DNA of 64,000 nt from Deltaproteobacteria bacterium (GTDB lineage: Bacteria; JAGRBM01; JAHCIT01), in assembly GCA_026129095.1 (NCBI GenBank), contig JAHCIT010000003.1, forward strand, positions 248,001-312,000, read 5' to 3'. Below are positions 31,428 to 40,581 of the stretch, piece after piece; the first letter of the stretch is position 1; each line of letters opens with the position of its first letter. Under the pieces are notes generated by a model, which was not told the DNA's origin, made no database searches, and saw nothing but the letters and a program-made list of their open reading frames with translations. Both the position numbers and the translations under genes were made by a program.

Positions 31428-32069
31428 ATGGAAGCACAGAAGCAGGAATACCACCCCGAACCGTTCTCAACGGGCTATTTTGCCGACATCTGGAACACCG
31501 CAAAGTCGCTGTTCTACGGCATGTCGAACACGATGAGCCACCTGTTCCGGGCTCCCAGCACCGTCCAGTACCCGGAAGTGGACGTGAAGGCGACGCTTCC
31601 CGACCGCTACCGCGGCTTCCTGACCGTGGACATGGACGTCTGCATCTCCTGCCGTAACTGCGAAAAGGCGTGCCCGATCGACTGCATCTGGATCGAGGAC
31701 GTCAAGCTCGACCGGGTTGATATCATTGGCAACAACGGCAAGCCGAGCAAGAAGATGCTCTACCCGGTCGTCTTCAATATCGACCTTGGCAAGTGCATGT
31801 ATTGCGGTCTTTGCACCGAACCCTGCCCCACTGACGCGATCCACTTCACCAAGGAGTTCGAGCGCGCCACGACGGATTTCCATAACCTGTATTTCGAATT
31901 CGTCTCGCCCGAAGAGCGCAAGGAAGTTCTCGCCAAGCGGGAAAAGTTCGAGGCCAAAGAGGCTGAAGCCAAGGCCAAAAAAGCGGCTGCGGCAGCCGCC
32001 GCTGCTGCTGCCAAGCCGGCTGAAACGGCGACTCCCGCCACCCCCCCGACAGAGCCCCCGAAGAGCTGA
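31428..32069 (+). CDS. nuoI: Complex I subunit I (2x[4Fe-4S]); the only nuoI in the window
   Basis: TVQYPE, RYRG, CISCRNCEKACP, CMYCGLCTEPCP; Lys/Ala/Pro-rich tail. Confidence 0.93.
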   Translation: MEAQKQEYHPEPFSTGYFADIWNTAKSLFYGMSNTMSHLFRAPSTVQYPEVDVKATLPDRYRGFLTVDMDVCISCRNCEKACPIDCIWIEDVKLDRVDIIGNNGKPSKKMLYPVVFNIDLGKCMYCGLCTEPCPTDAIHFTKEFERATTDFHNLYFEFVSPEERKEVLAKREKFEAKEAEAKAKKAAAAAAAAAAKPAETATPATPPTEPPKS

Positions 32070-32073
32070 AACC

Positions 32074-32097
32074 GGCACCCGTTTTGGGGGCCTTTTT
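32074..32097 (+). terminator. Possible weak intrinsic terminator after nuoI
   Basis: GGCACCC-gtttt-GGGGGCC (one mismatch) followed by TTTTT. Confidence 0.4.
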
Positions 32098-32177
32098 CAG
32101 TGCCCCGATTGGACCGATTTCCCTGTGAAACCGGGGGCTTTCGCCACATGGCACCAGAGCGGCGTAAGGCCCTGAAA

Positions 32178-32234
32178 TTGTATACAAAAAACATCCCGAT
32201 GCCCCTTGACCCGGACACCCCGCACGGGCAATAG
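32178..32234 (+). promoter_or_regulatory. Palindrome TTGTATACAA plus a putative internal promoter upstream of nuoJ
   Basis: Perfect 10-bp palindrome at 32178-32187; TTGACC at 32206 followed after 17 nt by CAATAG. Confidence 0.45.
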
Positions 32235-32366
32235 AGGGAGGCCTCTAAGTGCTCGTTGCGTGGGCTGCATCGCGCCTTAGCTGCCGATTTCAATTGAGCT
32301 TTCCGGCAAATGGCCTTTTTAGGTGAGGCCCTCCGCCGGGGAAGGAATCGGGGAACTCAGGGGAAG

Positions 32367-32957
32367 ATGAAGAACAAGCTCATCGCGGGCCTCTCCGTCC
32401 TCGCTGCAATCGTCGCATCCAGCTTGCTGACCACCGGCGAGCACCCCTTTTTCCGGGCAGCGGCCGTGGCAACCGTGACCGGAGCCTTCGGCGTCATCCT
32501 TCTGCCGAATATCGTCCGGGCGGCACTGTGCCTGATGCTCACGTTTTTCGGCGTCGCCATCTTCTACGTCATGCTGGGGGCCGACCTGCTGGCGGCATTC
32601 CAGGTACTGGTCTATATCGGCGGCATCCTGGTGATGATCCTCTTCGCCGTCATGTTCACCCAGCGTCGCGGCGAGCAGAGCTACCTGAACCCATCCAAGG
32701 GGCCGCTCACCCTGATCGGATCGGCTGCGCTTTGCGGCGGCCTGTATTTCATCCTGCGCAGGATTATCGCCACCACCAGCTTCCCGGTGCGTCCCGAACG
32801 GCCGATCGGCTCGACGGTCCAGGCGATCGGCGACCACATCGTGACCAGTCACGTCATCCCCTTCGAGGTGATCGCCGTGCTGCTGCTCATGACCCTTGTG
32901 GGCACCGTCGTCCTGATCAAGAAAGAGATCAACGCCGAGGAGGACGCGCTCTCTTGA
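32367..32957 (+). CDS. nuoJ: Complex I subunit J (operon 1)
   Basis: AALCLMLTFFGVA..Y.MLGAD.LAAFQVLVYIGGI, IPFEVIAVLLL. ATG at 32367. Confidence 0.93.
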   Translation: MKNKLIAGLSVLAAIVASSLLTTGEHPFFRAAAVATVTGAFGVILLPNIVRAALCLMLTFFGVAIFYVMLGADLLAAFQVLVYIGGILVMILFAVMFTQRRGEQSYLNPSKGPLTLIGSAALCGGLYFILRRIIATTSFPVRPERPIGSTVQAIGDHIVTSHVIPFEVIAVLLLMTLVGTVVLIKKEINAEEDALS

Positions 32958-33265
32958 ACGAGGCGTTGCTCACCGACTACCTGAACCTCGCCGCCCTGCT
33001 GTTCTGCATGGGACTGTTCGCCATCATCTCCCGGCGGAACACCGTCGCCGTCCTGATGGGCGTGGAACTGATCCTGAACGCCGCGAACATCAACTTCATC
33101 GCATTCAGCCACTATGTCACCGGCCATGTGGATGGCCACATCTTTGCCGCATTTGTCATCATGCTGGCCGCGGCAGAAGCCGCCGTGGGCCTGGCAATCG
33201 TGCTGGTCGTTTACCGCAACTTCCGCAACATCAACATCGACTCGGTCAGCACGCTGCGCAACTAG
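32954..33265 (+). CDS. nuoK: Complex I subunit K (operon 1)
   Basis: RRN..AVLMGVELILNAANINF, LAAAEAAVGLAI. TTG start overlaps the nuoJ TGA; this is the C-terminal part of track ORF 32528..33265. Confidence 0.93.
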   Translation: MNEALLTDYLNLAALLFCMGLFAIISRRNTVAVLMGVELILNAANINFIAFSHYVTGHVDGHIFAAFVIMLAAAEAAVGLAIVLVVYRNFRNINIDSVSTLRN

Positions 33266-33289
33266 TGAAACGGAGACCGCCCCGAACCC

Positions 33290-35620
33290 ATGAGTGATGC
33301 CGTCCACGCCGTAAAGCTCGCCGAAGCCGGCTACCTCTGGCTGGTGCCCGCCATTCCTGCGCTGGGTGCGGCAGTGCTCGCCCTGTTCGGACGGCGGCTG
33401 GAATACCCCGGCAAGGATGCGCCGCCCTGGGGCAACGACCCGGCCAGGTGGGACTGGCACGCCCATGACCATCACGGTCACGATTCCCCCGCCGGTCATG
33501 GGCATGATTCACATGGCAGCCATGGTCACGGCGATCATGGACATGGTGACCACGGGCACGATGACCACGATCACGGACACCACGGGCTCGCCCCCGGCCA
33601 GAGCCAGGGCGGGATGAACGTCGTCAATGCGATTGCCAACGCGGCGATCTGGATCCCGTTCCTGATCACCTGCTACGCGGCATTCCAGATTGCCACCCTG
33701 CCCGAAGGCGTCGTCGGCCTCCACAACCATCTCTACCAGTGGCTCTTCATCGGCAAGTTCTCGGCCGACATGGCTTTTGTCGCCGACCGCCTCTCGATTC
33801 TCCCCATGTTCCTCGTGACCGGCGTTGGCGGGCTCATCCACATCTATTCGATGGGATACATGGCCCACGACGAGAACCACTGGCGGTTCATGGCCTACCT
33901 GAACATGTTCTGCTGCGCGATGCTGCTGCTCGTGATGGGCGACAACCTGTTCATCATGTTCATCGGCTGGGAAGGCGTCGGACTGGCGAGCTACTGCCTC
34001 ATCGGCTTCTGGCACAAGGAGATGGCCAACGCGACCGCCGCCATCAAGGCGTTCGTCGTCAACCGCGTCGGCGACTTCTTCTTCGTGATTGGCGTCGCGC
34101 TCATCTGGTGGAACACCGGAACGCTCAACTTCTTCGAGATCAACGCCCAGGCGGGGAACCTCGCCCAGACTGCCGTCGGCGTCGGGGCCATGTCGGTGGC
34201 GACGCTTGCCACGCTCTGCCTGTTCGGCGCCGCGACCGGCAAATCGGCCCAGATTCCCCTCTACGTCTGGCTCCCCGACGCGATGGCCGGCCCGACTCCC
34301 GTCTCTGCGCTCATCCATGCCGCCACGATGGTGACCGCAGGCGTGTTCATGATCGGACGGCTCAACATGCTGTTTGCCGTATCGCCGGCGACGCTGACGG
34401 TGATCGCCATCGTTGCCACGGCGACGGCCTTCTTCAGTGCCACAATCGGCATCACGCAGTACGACATCAAGAAGGTGCTGGCCTACTCGACGGTCTCCCA
34501 GCTCGGCTTCATGTTCATGGGCATGGCGACCGGCGCCTTCTGGGCCGGCATCTTCCACCTGATGACCCACGCCTTCTTCAAGGCCTGCCTCTTCCTCGGC
34601 TCCGGTTCGGTCATCATGGGCAACCACCACGAACAGGACATGCGCAAATACGGCGGCCTGAAGCGTCTGATGCCCGTCACCTATGCGACCTTCGGCCTGG
34701 CGACGCTCGCCATCGCCGGTATCCCGCCCTTCGCCGGGTTCTTCTCCAAGGACGAAATCCTCCACAAGATGTGGGGCTCGCACCATTTCGGCTTCGGCCC
34801 TGAAATGCCGCTCCCGCATCTGGGCAAGATACTGTTCTTCGTGGGCCTTGCCGCCGCCGCCATGACCGCCTTCTACATGACGCGGCAGGTGTGCATGACC
34901 TTCTTCGGCGAGAACCGCGCCGATCCGAAGGTCCGCGACCACATCCACGAATCGCCGCGCAGCGTGACCATCCCACTGGTCGTGCTCGCATTCCTCTCCG
35001 TGTTTGGCGGTTTCCTTGGCTTCTTCTTCGTGCCGGGCTGGAACGTGCTGGAGCACTTCCTGGAGCCGGTCATGCCGGGCATGCACCACATCTGGGGCGA
35101 TTACCACGCCCATGCCGGCGAAGCGGTCCTGTTCGCCGTCATATCGGTGGCGGTAGCCGGAAGCTCGATTCTCGCCGCCCGGGCCATTTACACGAAGAAG
35201 CCCGAAACGGCCGACAATTTCGTCAGGAAGTTCCCCAACCTCCACAGCGTGGTTTACCGGAAATACCTCGTGGACGAGGGGTACGACGCCACGTTCGTTT
35301 CGGGAACGATGGGGCTTTCACGCCTGTCGGCATGGTTCGACAGCACGATCGTTGACGGACTGGTGAACCTTGCCGGCCGGCTGGTGCGGGGACTCCGCCA
35401 GGTCGCCGGATGGTTCGACCGGGTGGTTGTTGACAAGATTGGGGTTGAGGGGACCGCCTGGGTTAGCCAGACGTTTGGTTCCCTCTTCCGCCAGTTCCAG
35501 ACCGGACGCATCCAGACGTACATCGTCTTTGTGATGGCGTGCCTCATACTGGCACTGGCATTTCTGATCGCTGATTTCGGGCGCCTGATGACCACTGCGG
35601 TCTCGGGACCTGTGAACTGA
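33290..35620 (+). CDS. nuoL: Complex I subunit L (operon 1) with a His-rich insertion and a lengthened amphipathic helix
   Basis: GWEGVG, NRVGD, GKSAQIPL.VWLPDAMAGPTPVSALIHAATMV, HAFFKA, FFSKDEI. Confidence 0.96.
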   Translation: MSDAVHAVKLAEAGYLWLVPAIPALGAAVLALFGRRLEYPGKDAPPWGNDPARWDWHAHDHHGHDSPAGHGHDSHGSHGHGDHGHGDHGHDDHDHGHHGLAPGQSQGGMNVVNAIANAAIWIPFLITCYAAFQIATLPEGVVGLHNHLYQWLFIGKFSADMAFVADRLSILPMFLVTGVGGLIHIYSMGYMAHDENHWRFMAYLNMFCCAMLLLVMGDNLFIMFIGWEGVGLASYCLIGFWHKEMANATAAIKAFVVNRVGDFFFVIGVALIWWNTGTLNFFEINAQAGNLAQTAVGVGAMSVATLATLCLFGAATGKSAQIPLYVWLPDAMAGPTPVSALIHAATMVTAGVFMIGRLNMLFAVSPATLTVIAIVATATAFFSATIGITQYDIKKVLAYSTVSQLGFMFMGMATGAFWAGIFHLMTHAFFKACLFLGSGSVIMGNHHEQDMRKYGGLKRLMPVTYATFGLATLAIAGIPPFAGFFSKDEILHKMWGSHHFGFGPEMPLPHLGKILFFVGLAAAAMTAFYMTRQVCMTFFGENRADPKVRDHIHESPRSVTIPLVVLAFLSVFGGFLGFFFVPGWNVLEHFLEPVMPGMHHIWGDYHAHAGEAVLFAVISVAVAGSSILAARAIYTKKPETADNFVRKFPNLHSVVYRKYLVDEGYDATFVSGTMGLSRLSAWFDSTIVDGLVNLAGRLVRGLRQVAGWFDRVVVDKIGVEGTAWVSQTFGSLFRQFQTGRIQTYIVFVMACLILALAFLIADFGRLMTTAVSGPVN

Positions 35621-35646
35621 TTCTGGCTGCGGGAGACAGCGGGCAC

Positions 35647-37161
35647 ATGGTACCAGCAAACGTCCTATCCATCATCACGTTCTTGCCGCTCGTGGGAGCG
35701 CTTGTCGTGCTCTGCATCCCATCCTCACAGCGTGACGCGATCCGCTATACGGCAGTCCTCGCGACCGCCGTGCCGTTCCTGCTCACGCTGATGATGCTGC
35801 CGTCGTTCAATCCTGGCGCCGGCACCAATGTGCGCGAAGGGCTCCAGTTCATCGAGAACTACGCATGGATCACCACCTACGGCATCCGCTACCACGTTGG
35901 CGTGGACGGGCTTTCCATGCCGCTCGTGGTCCTGACCGGACTTGTCGCCCTGTTCTCGGTCATCGCCTCATGGGGTATCACCAAGGCGATCAAGGCCTAC
36001 TTTGCACTCCTGCTGTTCCTCACGACCGGAATGTATGGCGTTTTCGTCGCCCTCGACTTCTTCCTGTTCTACGTGTTCTGGGAAGTGATGCTGCTGCCGA
36101 TGTATTTCCTCATCGGCATCTGGGGCGGTCCACGCAAGGAATACGCCGCCATCAAGTTCTTCCTGTATACGCTGGCCGGCTCGGTACTGATGCTGCTGGC
36201 GCTCATCGCCCTGTATCTCCAGAGTTCCCCCAACACCTTCGACCTCCTGGAACTGATGGCCCAGCACAAGTCGTTCACCCGGAACTTCAGCGCCTTCGGC
36301 TACATCGTTCCGCTGAGCAAGGTGCTGTTCGTCGGGCTTTTCATCGGATTTGCCATCAAGGTTCCCTGCTTCCCGTTCCATACATGGCTTCCCGACGCCC
36401 ACGTCGAGGCGCCAACCCCGGTATCGGTCATCCTGGCCGCCGTGCTGCTGAAGATGGGCACCTACGGCATCATGCGCATCTGCCTGCCGCTCCTTCCGGA
36501 TGCCGCCCTGTGGTTTGCTCCCACGCTGGCCCTGCTGGGCGTCATCAACATCGTCTACGGCGCCCTGTGCGCCATGGCACAGACGGACATGAAGAAACTC
36601 GTGGCGTATTCGTCGGTCTCCCACATGGGTTACTGCCTCCTCGCCATTGCCGCCTCCAACGAGATGGGACTCACGGCCGCGTCGTTCCAGATGTTCTCCC
36701 ACGGAATCGTCAGCGCCCAGCTCTTCCTCCTCGTCGGCGTCATCTATGACCGAGCCCACCACCGTCAGATTGACGGTTTCGGCGGCATCGCCCAGCAGAT
36801 GCCGGTCTACACGGCGTTCGCCGGACTGGCGTTCTTTGCCAACCTCGGACTTCCCGGCCTGATCGGCTTCCCCGGCGAGGCGCTCACTTTCCTGAGCGCG
36901 TTCAAGCCCTTCATGGGATACACCGTGATCGCCATTACCGGTGTCATCCTGACGGCTGCGTTCTGCCTCTGGATGCTCCAGCGGGTATTCCTGGGCCCGA
37001 AGAACCCCAAATACGATACCCTTCCGGAGATCACCCTCCGGGAGAAGCTCACGCTGGTACCGTTTGCGGTGCTGACCATCCTGTTTGGTTTCTATCCGGC
37101 GCCGCTCTTCAAGCTGATGAACCCGGCCATGGTGAACCTGGCCTCCTGGCTCCGCCCCTAA
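35647..37161 (+). CDS. nuoM: Complex I subunit M (operon 1)
   Basis: GVDGLS, FWEVML, IKVP.FPFHTWLPDAHVEAP, LLKMG, FPGE. Confidence 0.96.
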   Translation: MVPANVLSIITFLPLVGALVVLCIPSSQRDAIRYTAVLATAVPFLLTLMMLPSFNPGAGTNVREGLQFIENYAWITTYGIRYHVGVDGLSMPLVVLTGLVALFSVIASWGITKAIKAYFALLLFLTTGMYGVFVALDFFLFYVFWEVMLLPMYFLIGIWGGPRKEYAAIKFFLYTLAGSVLMLLALIALYLQSSPNTFDLLELMAQHKSFTRNFSAFGYIVPLSKVLFVGLFIGFAIKVPCFPFHTWLPDAHVEAPTPVSVILAAVLLKMGTYGIMRICLPLLPDAALWFAPTLALLGVINIVYGALCAMAQTDMKKLVAYSSVSHMGYCLLAIAASNEMGLTAASFQMFSHGIVSAQLFLLVGVIYDRAHHRQIDGFGGIAQQMPVYTAFAGLAFFANLGLPGLIGFPGEALTFLSAFKPFMGYTVIAITGVILTAAFCLWMLQRVFLGPKNPKYDTLPEITLREKLTLVPFAVLTILFGFYPAPLFKLMNPAMVNLASWLRP

Positions 37162-37214
37162 TACTTGAGAGGATACCGGCAAACCCCTAACGCCCCAGGA
37201 ACCACCGACCGAAC

Positions 37215-38864
37215 ATGGAACTGATACCAGTAACTGAAATCCTGAGCGGGACGCTCTTCATCCGGACCGAGATCTGGCTGACGGCGGGCATCCTCGTGCT
37301 GCTGCTCCTCAGCATGTCGCCGAAGCTGACCGCGCAGCGCGACCTGATGGGATATACCGCCCTCTTTTTCCTCGTGAGCGGGTGCTTTGTCCTCTACTAC
37401 ACGAACGTCCGCCAGCTTCCGCTTTACTATCCGCAGCAGTCCGCGGGCCCCCTGGACATGGGCAACGACAACCGGATGCTGTTCGTTGACCGGCTGGGCA
37501 ACTTCTTCAAGTTCGTGCTGCTGCTGTCGGGAGCCGGGGCCGTGCTCGTATCCATGCGCTCGAAGCAGCTCCTGAAGCATTTCCACGCCGAGATTCACGC
37601 CCTCATACTCACGCTCGTCATCGGCGGCATGCTTATGGTCTCCTCGATGGACCTGCTGATGATCTATCTCGCCATCGAGTTCGTCTCGATCATCTCGTAC
37701 CTGATGCCGGGCATGCAGAAGGCCAGTCCCCATGCGGCCGAAGCGAACGCCAAATACATGCTCTACGGCGGCGTGACTTCCGGCTTCATGATCTTCGGCA
37801 TGAGCTACCTGTACGGGATCACCGGCTCCACCAGCATCTTCGAGATCCGTGACGCAATTCTGGTCAGCCCGAACAAGACCTCGGCGCTGCTCGGCGTGAT
37901 CCTGTTCATGTCCGGTCTAGGGTACAAGATATCAATTGTCCCCTTCCACTTCTGGGCGCCGGACGTTTACCAGGGCGCTCCAACTCCCGTGACGGCCTTC
38001 TTCAGTGTCGCCCCCAAGGCCGCCGGTTTCGGCCTCCTGATCCGGGTGGTCGACTCCATGCTGACCACGCAGAACCCGATGACAAGCCTCCCTATCCCGG
38101 CCATGGCACGGGCGGAAAATCCCGTGCCGCTCGCCATTCCGCTCCCTGGTGTCGACTGGATGCCGCTTCTGTTCTGGAGCGCGATTTTCACCATGATCAT
38201 CGGCAATCTGGCCGCCATGGGACAGAAATCCGCAAAGCGGATGCTTGCCTACTCCTCGATCGCACATGCGGGCTACATGCTGATGGGCATTGTGGTCCTG
38301 ACACCGCGCGGCTATGCGTCAGTGACGCTGTACCTCGCCATCTACGCCATCATGAACCTCGGTGCCTTCTTCGTCGTGCAAATGGTCGAGGAAGCCCGCC
38401 GGTCAGACGATATCAGCGCCTTCAAGGGCCTCCTGCGGTCTTCCCCCTGGCTGGCCGTCGCGATGTGCATATTCCTCTTCTCGCTGACCGGCCTGCCGCC
38501 CTTCTCGGGCTTTGTGGGCAAGTTTTTCGTGTTCGCGGCCGTGGTTAACGAATACGTCCGGCTGAAGGATCCGAAGTTCCTGTATCTTGCGCTGGTGGGC
38601 GTGCTGACCTCTGTCGTCTCGCTCTTTTACTACGCCCGGATCGTGATCTCGATGATGGAAGGGGCGGCCCAGGATGAGGAAGCCCACGAGGGGCACGGAC
38701 ATGTGCGTGCGGAAAAGGCGGCGGAGCTGCCACCCGTCAAGCCGGGGCTCTTTGAATATGGAGTCCTTTACGGCCTGTTTGTACTGCCCACGGTTTTCAT
38801 TATTGTGAAGTTTGACATGCTCAAGCGGCTGACCGATTCAGCCATTTACCTGTTTGGCAATTAG
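37215..38864 (+). CDS. nuoN: Complex I subunit N (operon 1)
   Basis: IYLAIEFVS, EANAKY, YKISIVPFHFWAPDVYQGAP, KRMLAYSSIAH, GFVGKF. Confidence 0.95.
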   Translation: MELIPVTEILSGTLFIRTEIWLTAGILVLLLLSMSPKLTAQRDLMGYTALFFLVSGCFVLYYTNVRQLPLYYPQQSAGPLDMGNDNRMLFVDRLGNFFKFVLLLSGAGAVLVSMRSKQLLKHFHAEIHALILTLVIGGMLMVSSMDLLMIYLAIEFVSIISYLMPGMQKASPHAAEANAKYMLYGGVTSGFMIFGMSYLYGITGSTSIFEIRDAILVSPNKTSALLGVILFMSGLGYKISIVPFHFWAPDVYQGAPTPVTAFFSVAPKAAGFGLLIRVVDSMLTTQNPMTSLPIPAMARAENPVPLAIPLPGVDWMPLLFWSAIFTMIIGNLAAMGQKSAKRMLAYSSIAHAGYMLMGIVVLTPRGYASVTLYLAIYAIMNLGAFFVVQMVEEARRSDDISAFKGLLRSSPWLAVAMCIFLFSLTGLPPFSGFVGKFFVFAAVVNEYVRLKDPKFLYLALVGVLTSVVSLFYYARIVISMMEGAAQDEEAHEGHGHVRAEKAAELPPVKPGLFEYGVLYGLFVLPTVFIIVKFDMLKRLTDSAIYLFGN

Positions 38865-38886
38865 TGGCGGCCGCATGGCAGACGGG

Positions 38887-38916
38887 TTGACCCAGCCGGG
38901 CGGGGTTGCGTAAGGA
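38887..38916 (+). promoter_or_regulatory. Putative promoter of the second nuo operon
   Basis: TTGACC-N18-TAAGGA in the ~80-bp gap between nuoN1 and nuoA2. Confidence 0.35.
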
Positions 38917-38943
38917 TAAGACGGGGCCGGGAGTCGGGAGTTA

Positions 38944-39450
38944 GTGCGGATGGATTTACGGGTAGACTACATCCCGGTCCTCATTCTCCTCGGTATCTCC
39001 ACCGTTTTCGTGACCGTCTTTGTCGCCGTGCTCCCCTGGCTTGCCCGCAAGAGCGGCGTCCGGGTCCATGCCCCGAACCTCGAAAAGACATCCACCTACG
39101 AATGCGGTGTCAACCCGACAAGCCCCGCCCGCAGCCGCTATTCGGTCCACTTCTACATGGTGGCCATTGTGTTCATCCTGTTCGATCTGGAAGCGATCTT
39201 CCTGTATCCGTGGGCAGCCCAGTACCGGGCGCTCGTCAGGGAGTTCGGCGGAATTGTGTTTCTGGAAGCAGCCCTGTTCGTGGGGATACTGTTCGTCGGC
39301 TTCTTCTATGTCCTGAGCAAGGGCGTCCTCGAATGGTCCGACCGGGCCACATCCGAGGAAGCTCGCCGGGAACTGCTCGCCAGGGATCCGCGCATCGTTC
39401 CGCTTGATCCGCCGGGCCGGCCCGCTGCCGCGAAGCAGGAGGCCGCCTGA
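38944..39450 (+). CDS. nuoA: Complex I subunit A (operon 2)
   Basis: TYECGV, FYMVAIVFILFDLE, KGVLEW plus a C-terminal extension. Alternative ATG at 38950. Confidence 0.93.
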   Translation: MRMDLRVDYIPVLILLGISTVFVTVFVAVLPWLARKSGVRVHAPNLEKTSTYECGVNPTSPARSRYSVHFYMVAIVFILFDLEAIFLYPWAAQYRALVREFGGIVFLEAALFVGILFVGFFYVLSKGVLEWSDRATSEEARRELLARDPRIVPLDPPGRPAAAKQEAA

Positions 39451-39454
39451 GGTC

Positions 39455-40042
39455 ATGGGATCACTGCTCAATCCCGGGCACAAGCCGCTTCCCGCTGGTG
39501 TCACGCCGGCCCAGGAAGGCGATGAAAGCTACATGCTCTCCCGGCTTGCGGATGTCGTGAACTGGGGCCGCAAATATTCCCTGTGGCCCTACCCGTTCGG
39601 GACAGCCTGTTGCGGTATCGAGATGATGGCTGTCCTTGGCGGCCGGTTCGACCTCTCCCGCTATGGCGCCGAACTGGTCCGGTTTTCGCCCCGGCAGGCG
39701 GACATGATGATCGTGGCCGGGACCATCAGCATCAAGATGGCCCCAATCATCAAGAAAATATACGACCAGATGGCCGAGCCCAGATGGGTGGTATCGATGG
39801 GAGCATGCGCCTCTTCCGGCGGCTTCTACAACAACTACTGCACCCTTCAGGGGGTGGACGAAGTGATCCCCGTGGATGTCTACGTGCCCGGCTGCCCGCC
39901 GCATCCCCAGGCATTGCTGCACAGCGTGATGGCCCTGCAGGACAAGATCGCCTCCGGCAATACATTCGAGCGGGGACGCAAGCAGATTCTCATTGAAGGC
40001 CTGGCCGATGTCCCCGCACGGCCCCCGATGGTCATGCGGTGA
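39455..40042 (+). CDS. nuoB: Complex I subunit B (operon 2)
   Basis: [32 protein letters not shown]. Confidence 0.95.
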   Translation: MGSLLNPGHKPLPAGVTPAQEGDESYMLSRLADVVNWGRKYSLWPYPFGTACCGIEMMAVLGGRFDLSRYGAELVRFSPRQADMMIVAGTISIKMAPIIKKIYDQMAEPRWVVSMGACASSGGFYNNYCTLQGVDEVIPVDVYVPGCPPHPQALLHSVMALQDKIASGNTFERGRKQILIEGLADVPARPPMVMR

Positions 40043-40073
40043 GAGAGATACCTGAAAGGAAGAACCGGCAGCC

Positions 40074-40577
40074 TTGAGCACAGTCGAGCGCATCCGCAGC
40101 CTGCTTCAGGGCCGCATCACCGGCGAAAGCACTGCCGCTGACGGCCTGGTCGTGCCGGTTCTCGATCCGGCGGCCATTGTGGACGCGGCCCGTTCCCTGC
40201 GCGACGATCTGGGCTTTTCGGTGCTGCTCGATATCGTCGGCATTGATTTCAGCGGCTACGATCCCAAGAGCCCCCGGTTTGGCGCAGACTACCTGTTCCT
40301 GAATCCGGAAAAGATCGAGCGCGTGCGGCTTCAGGTCCGGGTACCGGAGTCGAGTCCGGTCATCCCTTCGCTGGTCCGCCTGTACCGCTCGGCCAACTGG
40401 CTGGAACGCGAAGCCTTCGACCAGTTCGGCATCCGGTTCGACGGTCATCCGGATCTCCGCCGCATTCTCAATCATGTGGAGTTCACCGGGCACCCGCTCC
40501 GCAAGGACTACCCGGTGGACGGCCGCCAGCCCCTCAGCCGCGCCGACTCCCTCGAACTCGACAAGGGGGGGTTCTAG
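40074..40577 (+). CDS. nuoC: Complex I subunit C (operon 2)
   Basis: ANWLEREAFDQFGIRFDGHPDLRRIL....GHPLRKDYP. Confidence 0.93.
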   Translation: MSTVERIRSLLQGRITGESTAADGLVVPVLDPAAIVDAARSLRDDLGFSVLLDIVGIDFSGYDPKSPRFGADYLFLNPEKIERVRLQVRVPESSPVIPSLVRLYRSANWLEREAFDQFGIRFDGHPDLRRILNHVEFTGHPLRKDYPVDGRQPLSRADSLELDKGGF

Positions 40578-40581
40578 CGCC

